56,910 bases of DNA, taken from IMG/VR virus record IMGVR_UViG_3300014208_000049, positions 1-56,910 of that record. The stretch is one strand, 5' to 3'. The DNA comes from a virus (lineage: Duplodnaviria; Caudoviricetes). Both the position numbers and the translations under genes were made by a program. Below are positions 18,491 through 28,735 of the stretch, one piece after another. The notes under the pieces were generated by a model, which made no database searches, had not been told where the DNA came from, and saw only the letters and a program-made list of their open reading frames with translations. Positions within the stretch are counted from its first letter, which is position 1, and every line of letters starts with the position of its first letter.

Positions 18491-18891
18491 TTCGCTATGC
18501 TCCTTTCGTGTCCGGCGTGAGTTGCCATGCGCGAAAACCTTTCAACCATCGGGCCGTTGTGATGCCGGAAAAGTTGCAGATTGAGCAACCGGTCCCGGTG
18601 CATTTCGGACATTGAACCGTCTTGACTTTCGGCGCGTCGGTTGCGGGGATGATCTCCTTCCCTCCGAGGATCCGCGTACCCGTCCGCGTCTGAGCTTCCC
18701 ATCGGACGATAACGCGGCCATCGCGTATAAATGCCTTACGTGTCTCCTGCTCCATTTCAAGCCGGTTCATGGCGGGATAAACGTATTCCCTGGCGCCTTC
18801 CGGCCGCGAATATCCGATTACGTGATAGGTGAAAGATCGGCCCATCATTTCCCCTTTCTCCGCGTGTACGATGCGCGGCCCCGGATGGGTG

Positions 18892-19560
18892 CTACCAGGA
18901 GCGGATTTCCGCCAGAATCTCGGGCGGGATTTCCTCGTACTTCCACGCGGTCCCGTACTTGTACCCGCATACCGGACAGGGCTTGCAAAGTAGCCCTTGC
19001 GGGTGCTCCGTCTCGTAAATCCATCCGGCCGTTTTCGTCTCGATCTTGCCCGGGATGATCCATCCGGCTTTGAGTAATTCTTTCACAACGGGGGTTTCGT
19101 GTTTCGGTGCGGCGCTGTTGATGGTGGCCCGCATTACGTGGGCGGAAATTTCTTTCCAGCGGGCGTATTCCTCGGGCGGCATCGTCCCGGCCTCGGCTTC
19201 CTTGCGCGTGGCGTGAAACTTCGGCGACCAAGTGAAATGCTGCAGCGTGATTTCCTCGGCCGTGTTCCATTCCCTTTGGTGTTCGCATCCCGGGCAGCAG
19301 TCGTTCATGTGCCATCGGCGCCAAACTTCCGCCATCCGTGCGGCTCTCGTATCGTTCGGAAACAGGGCGGTTACCGTGTCCACGCATTGTCCGCCCGCGA
19401 GAATGTCCCGGCCGTCCGGCTGCCATATTTCCCCGGACATTGAAAAGCGGATTTTCCCGTCCCGATCTTCGAGGGTCCAGGTCAATTTCGCGGTGCAATT
19501 CGGGCGGCCGTCTCCATTGTAGTCGCATTTCCCGAGGGTGTACTTGTTTTCCGTTTTCAT
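18892..19560 (-). CDS. Hypothetical early protein with C-terminal zinc ribbon
   Basis: 222 aa; W.RWHMND..PGC..Q and GLLCKPCPVCGYKYGTAW. Confidence 0.75.
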   Translation of the reverse strand: MKTENKYTLGKCDYNGDGRPNCTAKLTWTLEDRDGKIRFSMSGEIWQPDGRDILAGGQCVDTVTALFPNDTRAARMAEVWRRWHMNDCCPGCEHQREWNTAEEITLQHFTWSPKFHATRKEAEAGTMPPEEYARWKEISAHVMRATINSAAPKHETPVVKELLKAGWIIPGKIETKTAGWIYETEHPQGLLCKPCPVCGYKYGTAWKYEEIPPEILAEIRSW

Positions 19561-19791
19561 GGCGTTTACCCCTCCGCTTTCTTTTGGTCCGCTATTTCAC
19601 GGTCAATCAGGATATTTATCGCGGATCGCAGGTGCTCGATGGCATGGGCGGCCCATTTGTCACGGTATGCGAGAAATGCGGGTTCCTCATCGTCGAACGG
19701 TCCCGGTAGGGGTTCGGGTTCCATGTGAAGCGCCGATATTGCCGATTGGATTTCCGATACCGCATCGCGTCCGAATGGCTTTGACATTTTC

Positions 19792-20172
19792 TTACCCCTC
19801 CGCTTTCTTGATGGCGTTCTCGATGGTGGCGCGTAGATACCGACCGCGGGCGGATCCGTCCGGATCGCAGTATTCAAGCGCGGCGCGGAGCGTTTCCGTC
19901 AATTCTCCGATCAGTCCGGGGCGGGGCTGCGGCTTCCTCGTCGTCTTGCCGATGATACCTTCGGCGAGCGTTTCGCGGATCCCGGCGCCGTTGCTCGGGT
20001 GCTGTTCCTGCGTTACCGTGAACCGGTCCACGTCGTTTTTCTCGTCGTGCCATACGTCCACGCGGACCATTCCGGACCAGGACATAGCGCGGGCCGTGAG
20101 TCCGCTTTTCTTGGTGCCGAGTCTTGAGGCGCTTCCTCTCGATCCGCTTACATCGCCGAGAAAATGTGCCAT
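19792..20172 (-). CDS. Hypothetical early protein
   Basis: MAHFLGDVSGSRGSASRLGTKKSGL; GAAAGGA RBS. Confidence 0.7.
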   Translation of the reverse strand: MAHFLGDVSGSRGSASRLGTKKSGLTARAMSWSGMVRVDVWHDEKNDVDRFTVTQEQHPSNGAGIRETLAEGIIGKTTRKPQPRPGLIGELTETLRAALEYCDPDGSARGRYLRATIENAIKKAEG

Positions 20173-20211
20173 GATAAAATCCTTTCTCCGCTTGCGCGGG
20201 GTGGGTGAGGG

Positions 20212-20727
20212 TTAGAACATCTTGCCGTCTTCGGTAAATTCGTACTCGTTCGCCTCGATGGTTTCGATGATTGCCTCTTCGCTGGTGAGGTACTCGTATT
20301 CCTGCCGGAGCATTGAAAGATATTCCTCGCCAAGCGCCCGCTGGAATTCGGCGTTTAATTCATCCAGGAGTTTATCCACGGCGTACTCGTCCGCAAGTTC
20401 TCCGTCTTCATCGCGTTCGGCTTCTTCTATAATCTTTTCGCGGTCCTTGCAGTACTGCGCGGCGAGCTTGCATGTGTCGCATTTGGAACCGTGATTCTCC
20501 ATGATGAGGCGGGCCGTTTCGTGTGCGTCGTCGCATCTTAAATCGCAGTAGCTCCCGCGGTCCGTGTCGAATCCTTTGATCTTGCAGCCGATCGTGTTTG
20601 CGTCGTCGTAGATTGAATCCCACCAATCGAAAGATACGTTGATGTCGTACAATTTCTCTATTGCGGTTTGTTTCGCTGCGTCGGACAGTTCGTCAAATTT
20701 GTAGACTGGCGTGTGTACGGTTCGCAT
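20212..20727 (-). CDS. Highly acidic early protein
   Basis: VYKFDELSDAAKQ.A...EYEYLTSEEAIIETIEANEYEFTEDG. Confidence 0.75.
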   Translation of the reverse strand: MRTVHTPVYKFDELSDAAKQTAIEKLYDINVSFDWWDSIYDDANTIGCKIKGFDTDRGSYCDLRCDDAHETARLIMENHGSKCDTCKLAAQYCKDREKIIEEAERDEDGELADEYAVDKLLDELNAEFQRALGEEYLSMLRQEYEYLTSEEAIIETIEANEYEFTEDGKMF

Positions 20728-20729
20728 GG

Positions 20730-20903
20730 TTATTTCTCCTTCGGCATCGGGTGGAGGTTGCACACCCGGTCCGGACAGTTGAATCCTTGCGGATCGGGCG
20801 GGGCCTGGCAGCGTCGGCAATACTTCAGGCCGCAGCAATCGCAATACTGTTCGAGGTTCCGGTGGTGCGTCAATTCTCCGCAGTTGTCGCAGTATTTGGG
20901 CAT
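20730..20903 (-). CDS. Small Cys-rich zinc-finger protein (not in ORF track)
   Basis: MPKYCDNCGE...CDCCGLKYCRRC; GGGAG RBS. Confidence 0.6.
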   Translation of the reverse strand: MPKYCDNCGELTHHRNLEQYCDCCGLKYCRRCQAPPDPQGFNCPDRVCNLHPMPKEK

Positions 20904-21409
20904 GGTCGTTACTCCCTCCCTGGTCCGGTGATAGTTGCGTAGCCCATAAGTACCAGCTCCTTAATTCCGTAGACTCCGGCGCCGTCGCATTTCGGGCAGG
21001 TGTACTTCCTCGCGTCCGGTTCGATGCCGTGAGACTGACGGGCGCCGCAAAGGATGCAGGCGCCGGCGGACTCATCGGTAAGGCGGTAGGCTTCGGCTTC
21101 GGTGAGTCTGAACCGATACAGCGTGCGGCCGGTCTTGCGTCCGGTGAACTGTACTTTGGTCATCGGGTTATACCTTCGAGTAAAGGTAAAGGTGTCCGTG
21201 CCCGGTCGAAAACGTCCGCTCCGTCATCCGGACCTGTACCAGTTCGCCGCGCCGATCCGAATTGAACCGGAAAAGTTCCCCCAAGGAGTCGAACCGCATC
21301 GGTTCTAATTCCTTGCCTGTCCGCGCGTCCTTGAAATATACGGTGTACTCTTTCTGTACCATCGTCTTTTCCCTCCTCGCGGGATGTGTTCGAACCATGC
21401 CATATATAA

Positions 21410-21425
21410 AGCATACGCCGTGCCA
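21410..21425 (-). promoter_or_regulatory. Sigma54 (-24/-12) promoter
   Basis: TGGCACG-GCGT-ATGCT versus consensus TGGCACG-N4-TTGCW, in an AT-rich intergenic region at the head of the early operon. Confidence 0.65.
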
Positions 21426-21634
21426 GAATGGACCGGACGGATAGCCCCATAAAATCAATACGATAGAATCAGGATGAATTATCAGGTGACGTAAATTGTC
21501 ATATCGGAATTGTAATAATATGGGTTATCTTGCGGAATATAAAGGGGAATCCCTGAAATTAAAAGATTTAAGGGGATATTAAGGGGTTTAATCCTGAGGT
21601 TATAAGAATTCCGGGGAATAATTCTTACCTATCT

Positions 21635-21958
21635 TTACGGGTGGGCGGCTCGGTATTCCTCTTCGGTCTTGAAAGTAATATATTTCCTCGGTTCCGCCTT
21701 GATAATAAATCCGTGCCGATCCATGTGGCAGTTATGACAAAGGATAACGATTAAATTCTCGTCGTGGCATTGAATCTCGGCCCAAGGGATAACGTGGTGG
21801 AATTCCATATTTCCGGCCCAAAAAAGGAACGACATACCCGACCTGGCGGTAAATCCATATTCCCCGGCCGATCCCGGCGCCCCGCAATCCACGCAGCGGC
21901 CTCGGTGTTGTCGGTATATTCTCGCTCGCATTGATTCCGGGATGGGTGGTCTACTCAT
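21635..21958 (-). CDS. Small HNH endonuclease
   Basis: CVDCG...EFHHVIP...NLIVILCHNCH...H. Confidence 0.8.
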   Translation of the reverse strand: MSRPPIPESMRARIYRQHRGRCVDCGAPGSAGEYGFTARSGMSFLFWAGNMEFHHVIPWAEIQCHDENLIVILCHNCHMDRHGFIIKAEPRKYITFKTEEEYRAAHP

Positions 21959-22488
21959 CGGTTTTCCCGTATTTCACATGGCGTCCTTCCTTCTGTCCGC
22001 GGTGGCAAGCCTCCAAAGATTCGGCCTCGGTCGGAATCCAAACTAGGATGGCCTTACAGCGGCCGCATTGGAGCTTCGATTTCCTCCGGTCGGGGTACTT
22101 CCGGAGGTTGATAATGTGTCCGCAATTCCCGCATTGAATGGGCCTAAAATCCTTCGGCGCCCGTTCGCCGTCTTCATACTTCGTTCCTTTTTTCGCCTGT
22201 AAAACGAGGGGTTCCTGCATTTTCTCATTCCTCCTTCATGTTGGTATCCATATACTTACTATACGTTAATGTCATTGTCAAGGGTTATCTCGTTGTCAGT
22301 ATACTACAGGGTCATCGGGAGGGTATGCGGTAGGCATCGCCGAGGCATTGGAGATAGATAGTTGTCTATATCCCTATCTATAAACTATAGCAGAGAAAGA
22401 GAAAGGAAGATTGAAAGGTAATAAAACCATTGTCGGGCAAACGGCGCCCGACGGTGCCGGTTGAATCGAGGGGGCATAAAAAAAAGAC

Positions 22489-22516
22489 TTGACAGAGAAA
22501 TTGAGGGGAATACTCT
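22489..22516 (+). promoter_or_regulatory. Sigma70 promoter, probably giving a leaderless mRNA
   Basis: TTGACA-16-TACTCT; ATG follows 6 nt after the -10 box. Confidence 0.6.
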
Positions 22517-22522
22517 GACGGC

Positions 22523-23110
22523 ATGGAAACGGCTATAAACGGCGTTGCCGATACCCTCCGAGCGCAATATATCCCCCCGAACGCTCCACCCGATCCGGCG
22601 CCGGTCAAGCGGACGGGGAAAAAACCGTGGTATGAATCTCCCGAATTGACGGAGAAATATACAGCATTTCAATTACTTCGCGACCAAGGATTCACGGTGG
22701 AAAAGGCGGCCGCGACACTGGGGTATGCGGAATCGACGGGCCGGTACATCGAGGGGAAATTAGCGGAATTTGCGAGGAAAAAGGCGGTTTCCGGTGCTTC
22801 GGGCAGCTTCCTCACGTTGAAACGAATCGAGCGTGCGGCCGGTGTCGTTGATAAATTGATGCGGGCTAAGGTATTCGGCGACATCAAAGAGATTAAAGAT
22901 TCCACGGTGTTACGAGCTGCGGAGTGCGTGCTCGACCGGTCCGATCCGAAACGCTCGGAATCCAGCTCCGGCCCGTCAATCTCGTTCGTTACCGTGAACC
23001 TGGGTCAATACGGTCCGCCGCCGCCCGATCCCGTGCCGATCCTGGACATTACGCCATCAAAACAAGGGGATACCGATGAGGTATCAGGTTTTATATCGGA
23101 TGGAATATAA
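22523..23110 (+). CDS. Putative terminase small subunit
   Basis: HTH-like N-terminal half, AAECVLDRSDPK helix, first late-strand gene upstream of TerL. Confidence 0.5.
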   Translation: METAINGVADTLRAQYIPPNAPPDPAPVKRTGKKPWYESPELTEKYTAFQLLRDQGFTVEKAAATLGYAESTGRYIEGKLAEFARKKAVSGASGSFLTLKRIERAAGVVDKLMRAKVFGDIKEIKDSTVLRAAECVLDRSDPKRSESSSGPSISFVTVNLGQYGPPPPDPVPILDITPSKQGDTDEVSGFISDGI

Positions 23111-24066
23111 TAATCAAATGGGGGAATGATTCGTGGTTCATTATCATATTGATTCCCCATTGATTCCCATTACTTATCAATCCAAAACATCGGTTTATAG
23201 ACATAATATATATTACCGGATGTTGGACTCTTGCGGGTTCGGTTCGCCTGATTCGTCCGGGCACCGGGGGGGATGGGCCATCGGAAGGGAAAATAAATTT
23301 AATAATAAGTCCTCTTCTTGGCCGCCGGTAATTTTTTCAAATCCCCCTTCCCTTTCAAATTCAAGAATTTCGGAGTCTTTGTGAGCGCGAACTTGTCGTG
23401 TCACGGGTGTGTGCATTTCAGGCGTGATGCCCCACCGTTCAAGGACTCGGGGATCTGCGTGAAGCGCAACATGGGCGTGTACGAGTCGGACGGCGCGAGA
23501 TGCGAGCATCACGACCCCGGGTTCATCTTCAGGGCGGCGTACAGCGCGAAAAAATTTCTGGAAAGGGTGGTGCGATGATGGACGTGAAAGAGAAGTCCGA
23601 TGTTTCGAATGCGATCCACGCGGGGGCCGTGGCGTTGCTGAATTCCGGTGCCGTCAAGGCGACGAAATATCTGTCCCCGAAGCTCGTCGTCAAGGTCAAG
23701 CGCAAAGAATTCAATGGACGCACAAACCCGCGCCTGACGGAGCTTCACGTGACCTTCGGGGTGCCGAATTACGAGGAGCGGGAGTTCATCAAGGCGTGTC
23801 GCAAGTCTGGCGAGCCGTTCCCCGTCGGGAAGATTCAACTCAAGTTCGCGAAGACGAAGAAGGCCGTAAAGAAGGCGGCGTGACGTGGCCTATCTCCCGC
23901 CGTTCGAATCTTTGTTCCCGCTGTCGGATGACCTGTCGGGGATGACGGTCGAGGTCATGGATTTGATGCCGGCGGGTGAGGCCGTGGTGGATGTGCCCTT
24001 GGGGTACTTGTCGGCGCGGGTGCTGGATTTCGGGGGGTGCGAGCGGCCGCAGAGGGTGGGGGAGCA

Positions 24067-25695
24067 GTGATATCCGTCAACGGCATCGACTTCGAGAAGC
24101 GCGAGGGTTGCTCGTACAAGTACGACTACGAGAAGATGCTGAACGACGCCAAGGCGGGACTGATGCGCGGCGGCGAGAAGGCCGACCCTCGGGTGCTGGA
24201 GTTGTCCACGCTTCGGTCGCTGATCCTGGACGATCTGTGGTTCGTGGTCTACTTCGTGATGGGCGTGAAGGTCGCGAACCATCCGTTTTGGGTGGGCGCG
24301 GCTCGTGAGATAGAATTGGGGCCGAAGGATTTCACGCTGGACGTGTGGAGTCGAGAGCACGGGAAAAGTTCGCTGCTCACCAAGGCCGAGACGATTCAAT
24401 TCGCATTGAAGGACCCCGAATCGTCCACGGGAATCTTCTCTGCAGTCAGGCCGCTGGCGAAGAAATTCCTGTTCGAAATAAAAGAGACGTTCCAGACTTC
24501 GAAGATTCTCCAGACGTGCTTCCCCGACATCGTGTGGCAGGATTGCGAGCGGGACGCGCCGCTGTGGTCGCTGGACGAGGGGCTTATCTTGAAGCGCCGA
24601 ACGAACATGGCGGAGCCGACGATCTCCGCGTGGGGTCTGACCGAAGGTATGCCAACCGGGTTGCATCTGGATCGGCGCATCTACGACGACATCGTGAACA
24701 AGGACATCTCCGAATCGGTTGAGGTCATGGAGAAGGTCAAGGAGAAATATGACCTCTCGCAATATCTCGGCAAGGACGGCGGTACGCATCGCGTGATCGG
24801 TACGTTCTATCACCACAACGATCCGTTGGTGTACATCCGCGGGAAGAAGAATCTCGATGGCAGCGCGAAGTATCTGCTGCGTCTGAAGCCTGCCACGGAG
24901 GATGGCACGGCGAACGGAGTGCCGGTGCTGTTGTCGCAGAAGGCTCTCGACGACAAGAAGGGTGACTCGGGGTTCAACACGCAGATGCTCTGCAACCCGA
25001 CGCCGCAAAGCGACCAGAAGTTGAATTTCGAATTCATGAATCGCATCTCTCGGGCGTTCTTGCCCAAGGGCCGGTTCCGCATGATGCTGATCGACCAGGC
25101 GGGAGATGCGGCCAGCAACAAGACCGGCCCAGGAGACTCGTGGGCGGTAGTCATCGTCGGGGTCGAACCGTGCATGGACGACCTCGGGCAGTCGCGCAGG
25201 TTTCTCGAAGATGCGTGGGTGCAACCCGCGAATGAATCCGAGGCGATCGAGCAGGCCATCCGCATGTTCACCCGCGGAGGGATCATCCATAAACTCGGCG
25301 TCGAAAAAGTCGGTCAGACGACGACACATCTGCATATCGCGGCGGCCCTGAAAGCCCGCGGCCGGCACGTGGAGTTCAACGATTCTCCGTGGTCGGCAGG
25401 GAAACTGCTTCGCCCTGCTGGACGCAACAAGAAAAAATTCATAGAAGGTGCCCTGTCGTGGCCGCTGAATAACGGGAAATGGCACTATGTGGACGACATA
25501 CCGAACGCCTACCTCGACCGCGTTCGGATGGAGATGACCAACTTTCCCGTCTGGCACGACGACGCCCTGAACGCGATGGCCTACTCCGAGGACGTAATTA
25601 AAGATTGCAATTTGGAATATTACGATGTAGAAAATGTCCCAAGGAGTGTTTCGCAGGTGATGGACTCAATGCCCGAGGCACGAAACTTTGCGTAA
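24067..25695 (+). CDS. terL: Terminase large subunit
   Basis: SREHGKS Walker A, YDDIV Walker B, MLCNP coupling motif, IDQA/GDS/HDD nuclease residues. Confidence 0.9.
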   Translation: MISVNGIDFEKREGCSYKYDYEKMLNDAKAGLMRGGEKADPRVLELSTLRSLILDDLWFVVYFVMGVKVANHPFWVGAAREIELGPKDFTLDVWSREHGKSSLLTKAETIQFALKDPESSTGIFSAVRPLAKKFLFEIKETFQTSKILQTCFPDIVWQDCERDAPLWSLDEGLILKRRTNMAEPTISAWGLTEGMPTGLHLDRRIYDDIVNKDISESVEVMEKVKEKYDLSQYLGKDGGTHRVIGTFYHHNDPLVYIRGKKNLDGSAKYLLRLKPATEDGTANGVPVLLSQKALDDKKGDSGFNTQMLCNPTPQSDQKLNFEFMNRISRAFLPKGRFRMMLIDQAGDAASNKTGPGDSWAVVIVGVEPCMDDLGQSRRFLEDAWVQPANESEAIEQAIRMFTRGGIIHKLGVEKVGQTTTHLHIAAALKARGRHVEFNDSPWSAGKLLRPAGRNKKKFIEGALSWPLNNGKWHYVDDIPNAYLDRVRMEMTNFPVWHDDALNAMAYSEDVIKDCNLEYYDVENVPRSVSQVMDSMPEARNFA

Positions 25696-25707
25696 GAGGA
25701 GATACGG

Positions 25708-26032
25708 GATGCCGAAGGAAGATCCGATCGGGCCGGGCGGTGGAGCGGATCAGGATCGGGCGCGTGGGTACGTACCGAAGAAGAAACAAAAGAAAACAAT
25801 CAAGGGACAACTGCTCGAAGAGAAGGCATTGGACGAGAAAGTCCTCCGGCAGTCCGACGACGAAATCGAAGACCTGAAGAAACTCCAATCGTACAAGAAG
25901 GGCGGCATCGTCAAGAAGACCGGTGTGGCGCTTGTCCACAAGGGCGAGCGCGTGATCCCGGCCAAGAAAGAGACGGCAACCGAGCGATTCATCCGGGTCC
26001 GTAACGCGAAGGAAGCGAAGGGGAGACGGTAA
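25708..26032 (+). CDS. Basic hypothetical protein
   Basis: AGGAGA RBS; YKKGGIV..TG.ALVHKGERVIP motif. Confidence 0.65.
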
Positions 26033-26033
26033 G

Positions 26034-28367
26034 TTGGCCCGCAAGGAAAAAGACAACAGCGGACTGAACGAAACACCGAAAGAAAAAGTTCTACGACTTG
26101 CGAACAAGCGGCTCAAGCGGTGCGTGGACAACGACAACGAGAACCGCGCCAACGCACTCGAAGACCTGCGCTTTCTGAACGGCGAGCAGTGGGATGAAAA
26201 GGAAGTAAAACTCCGCAAGCGCCGCAAGCGTCCCTGCCTGCAAATCAATCTCCTCCCGAAGTACGTCGATCAGATCGTCGGCGAGGAGCGGATCAATCGC
26301 CCGCGAATCAAGATCAGGCCCGTGGACTCGAAGGCCGATGTGCATCTGGCGCGAATTCGCGAGGGCATCGTCCGTAACATCGAGTACCTGTCACGCGCAG
26401 AGCAGATTTACGATCAGGCGTTCGAGATGGCCGTGTCGTGCGGCTACGGAGCGTGGCGCATCTGTACGCGGTACACCGAGGAGAATCCGTTCATCCAAGA
26501 GATTTACGAGGAGGCGATCAAGAATCCGTTCCTCGTGTACCTCGACCCGGACTGCAAGGACGACACGTTCGCCGACGCGAAGTACGGGTTCGTCTTGCAA
26601 CGGATGCCGCGTGAAGAGTTCGACGAACGATGGCCTAACGCGCAGTACCCGACTGATTCGCTCAAGACCGGCCTCGGCATATCGAACGAGATGTGGTACG
26701 ACGACAACACGGTGACGGTCGCGGAGTATTTCACCCGCGAGACGGAAAAGAAGAAGATGGCGCAGTTCTCCGATGGCATGGTGGTGCCGTTCGAAGAGGC
26801 GCAGGAAGCCGTTGCCGCATGGGAAGCGAAAGCGGAACAGATCAGAGCGGCAATCGCCGCCAAAGCTGCGGCGGCGGCAGCGATGCAACCGCCAGCAGCC
26901 GCCGTTGGTTCCCCTCCGACATTCGGCCCGGACTCGTCCACCGCGGCCGTACCACAGGTGGGTGCAGAGCCTCAAGGGGCAATTGCCGGGGACATGGCGG
27001 CAGTACCACCGACAGCCGCCCCCCCGGCGCCCCCGGCGGACGCCATCATCGAAATGACGATCGGACCGAAGCCCGAGATCGCGAAGACGAAGGACACCGA
27101 GATCATCAAGATCCGTCGGTACATCATCAACGGGGCGGACGTGATCGAGGGCATGGACGGCGACGAAAAATATTTCCCCGGAAAGTACATCCCGATCGTG
27201 TTGGTGCTCGGGAAAGAGCGCAACATCGAGGGCAAGCGGTACGTCCGCGGGATGATCCGGGACGCGAAGGATCCGCAACGCCTGGTGAACTATTGGGAGA
27301 CTTCGTGCGCGGAGACTGTCGCCATCGCCCCGAAGGCCCCGTGGCTCGTCACGGCCGCGATGATAAAGGGGTACGAGAACGACTACGCGACCGCGCACGA
27401 GGAAAACTTCCCGTACCTGAAGTACAACATCGACCCAAACTCACCGATGCAGACGCCTATTCGCAACCACGCCGGCGACCCACCGATGGCCCTGTTCGCG
27501 CAGCGTCAGTCGGCGCACGAGAACTTGAAGCAGGTGATCGGAATGTTCGCGGCGGATGTCGGCGCTCCCGGCCCCGAGCGGTCCGCGCCGGCCATCATTG
27601 CACGACAGACGCCGGGGGATGTCGGCACGTTCGCGTTCCTGGACAATCTCTCCCGGTCGATCGCGCACTCCGGACGCATCATCAACGAGATGATCCCCGA
27701 GGTGTACGATACCGAGCGCGACGTGCGGCTTCGCAACGTGGATGAGTCCGAGACGTTCGTGCCGATCAACACGACGGCGGGCGGTGCGCTTCAGAACATC
27801 CGCAAGAATCCGAATCGGTACTTCGGACTCGACCCCAATAAGTTGCAGGAGTCCATCCGCAAGAGCGGCCCGGATGCGCGGTTCAACGACATCACTATCG
27901 GCAAGTACGACGTGATCGTGTCGGTCGGTCCGTCGTACACCACGCAGCGTCAGGAAGCGTCACAGAACATGTTCACGCTGATGAACTCCATGCCCGACAA
28001 GATGGGCGTGGGCGTCGATATTCTCGTGGAGAACATGGACTTCCCCGGCTCGGAACGTCTCGCTGCGCGACTCCGCAAGGGGCTGCCGCCCGCGCTCCTT
28101 GAGGCGCGCCCCGGCGACCCGCCCATCAAACCACAACCTCCGCCGATTCAGGTGCAGGTCCAGATGAAGAAGTTGGAGTTGGAGAACAAGAAGATTTCCG
28201 TGCAGATCGAGCGGCAGAAGGTCGAGCAGATCAAGGCGGTGAAGGAGTTGTCGGACGCGAAGGGCGAGGTACGAAACGTCGTACTCGGGTTGCTCAAGGA
28301 AGTGATGGGGCCCGACCACCCGGCGGACGCGGCCATACAAGGCGGTCCGCCTCAGATGACGCAGTAG
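26034..28367 (+). CDS. P22-like portal protein
   Basis: DLRFLNGEQW, RPCLQIN, GYGAWRI, YIPIV, RDAKDPQR..N, GKYDVIVSVGPSYTTQRQE. Confidence 0.95.
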   Translation: MARKEKDNSGLNETPKEKVLRLANKRLKRCVDNDNENRANALEDLRFLNGEQWDEKEVKLRKRRKRPCLQINLLPKYVDQIVGEERINRPRIKIRPVDSKADVHLARIREGIVRNIEYLSRAEQIYDQAFEMAVSCGYGAWRICTRYTEENPFIQEIYEEAIKNPFLVYLDPDCKDDTFADAKYGFVLQRMPREEFDERWPNAQYPTDSLKTGLGISNEMWYDDNTVTVAEYFTRETEKKKMAQFSDGMVVPFEEAQEAVAAWEAKAEQIRAAIAAKAAAAAAMQPPAAAVGSPPTFGPDSSTAAVPQVGAEPQGAIAGDMAAVPPTAAPPAPPADAIIEMTIGPKPEIAKTKDTEIIKIRRYIINGADVIEGMDGDEKYFPGKYIPIVLVLGKERNIEGKRYVRGMIRDAKDPQRLVNYWETSCAETVAIAPKAPWLVTAAMIKGYENDYATAHEENFPYLKYNIDPNSPMQTPIRNHAGDPPMALFAQRQSAHENLKQVIGMFAADVGAPGPERSAPAIIARQTPGDVGTFAFLDNLSRSIAHSGRIINEMIPEVYDTERDVRLRNVDESETFVPINTTAGGALQNIRKNPNRYFGLDPNKLQESIRKSGPDARFNDITIGKYDVIVSVGPSYTTQRQEASQNMFTLMNSMPDKMGVGVDILVENMDFPGSERLAARLRKGLPPALLEARPGDPPIKPQPPPIQVQVQMKKLELENKKISVQIERQKVEQIKAVKELSDAKGEVRNVVLGLLKEVMGPDHPADAAIQGGPPQMTQ

Positions 28368-28371
28368 GAGG

Positions 28372-28725
28372 ATGACGATGGACTTCGTGGACCTGAAACT
28401 TCCGAAGAAGAGCGCAAAGGGTGGACCGGAAGCCCCGGCATGTATCGGAGGCGAGGGCCGCGACCAGTACCCCTACGGACTTCGGATCACGCTCGACGAG
28501 GAACAGTTGGCGAAGATGGGCGAACTGTTCGATGGCGTGGACGCCGACGGAGAAGTGACGATCACGGCCAAGGGATGCGTGACATCGAAGCGTTCGGACC
28601 AGATGCAGGGCGGGAAGAAGAATCGTGGACTGTCGATCCAAATCCAGAAGATCAACATCGCGTGCAAGACCCCCTACGAGAAGGGGTCGATGGACGACTT
28701 CGTGAAGGCCAGGACGAAAAAATAG
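28372..28725 (+). CDS. Capsid staple-like protein
   Basis: YPYGLRITLDEEQLAKMG...LSIQI. Confidence 0.6.
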   Translation: MTMDFVDLKLPKKSAKGGPEAPACIGGEGRDQYPYGLRITLDEEQLAKMGELFDGVDADGEVTITAKGCVTSKRSDQMQGGKKNRGLSIQIQKINIACKTPYEKGSMDDFVKARTKK

Positions 28726-28735
28726 GAGGGGACGG

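Noticed and set aside
23890-25557. Long antisense ORFs (also 38136-39722 and 43912-45765)
   Set aside because: Shadow frames of high-GC3 genes on the opposite strand, with no motifs
26860-27045. Ala/Pro-rich insertion in the portal as an intein or intron
   Set aside because: In-frame low-complexity loop with no splicing motifs
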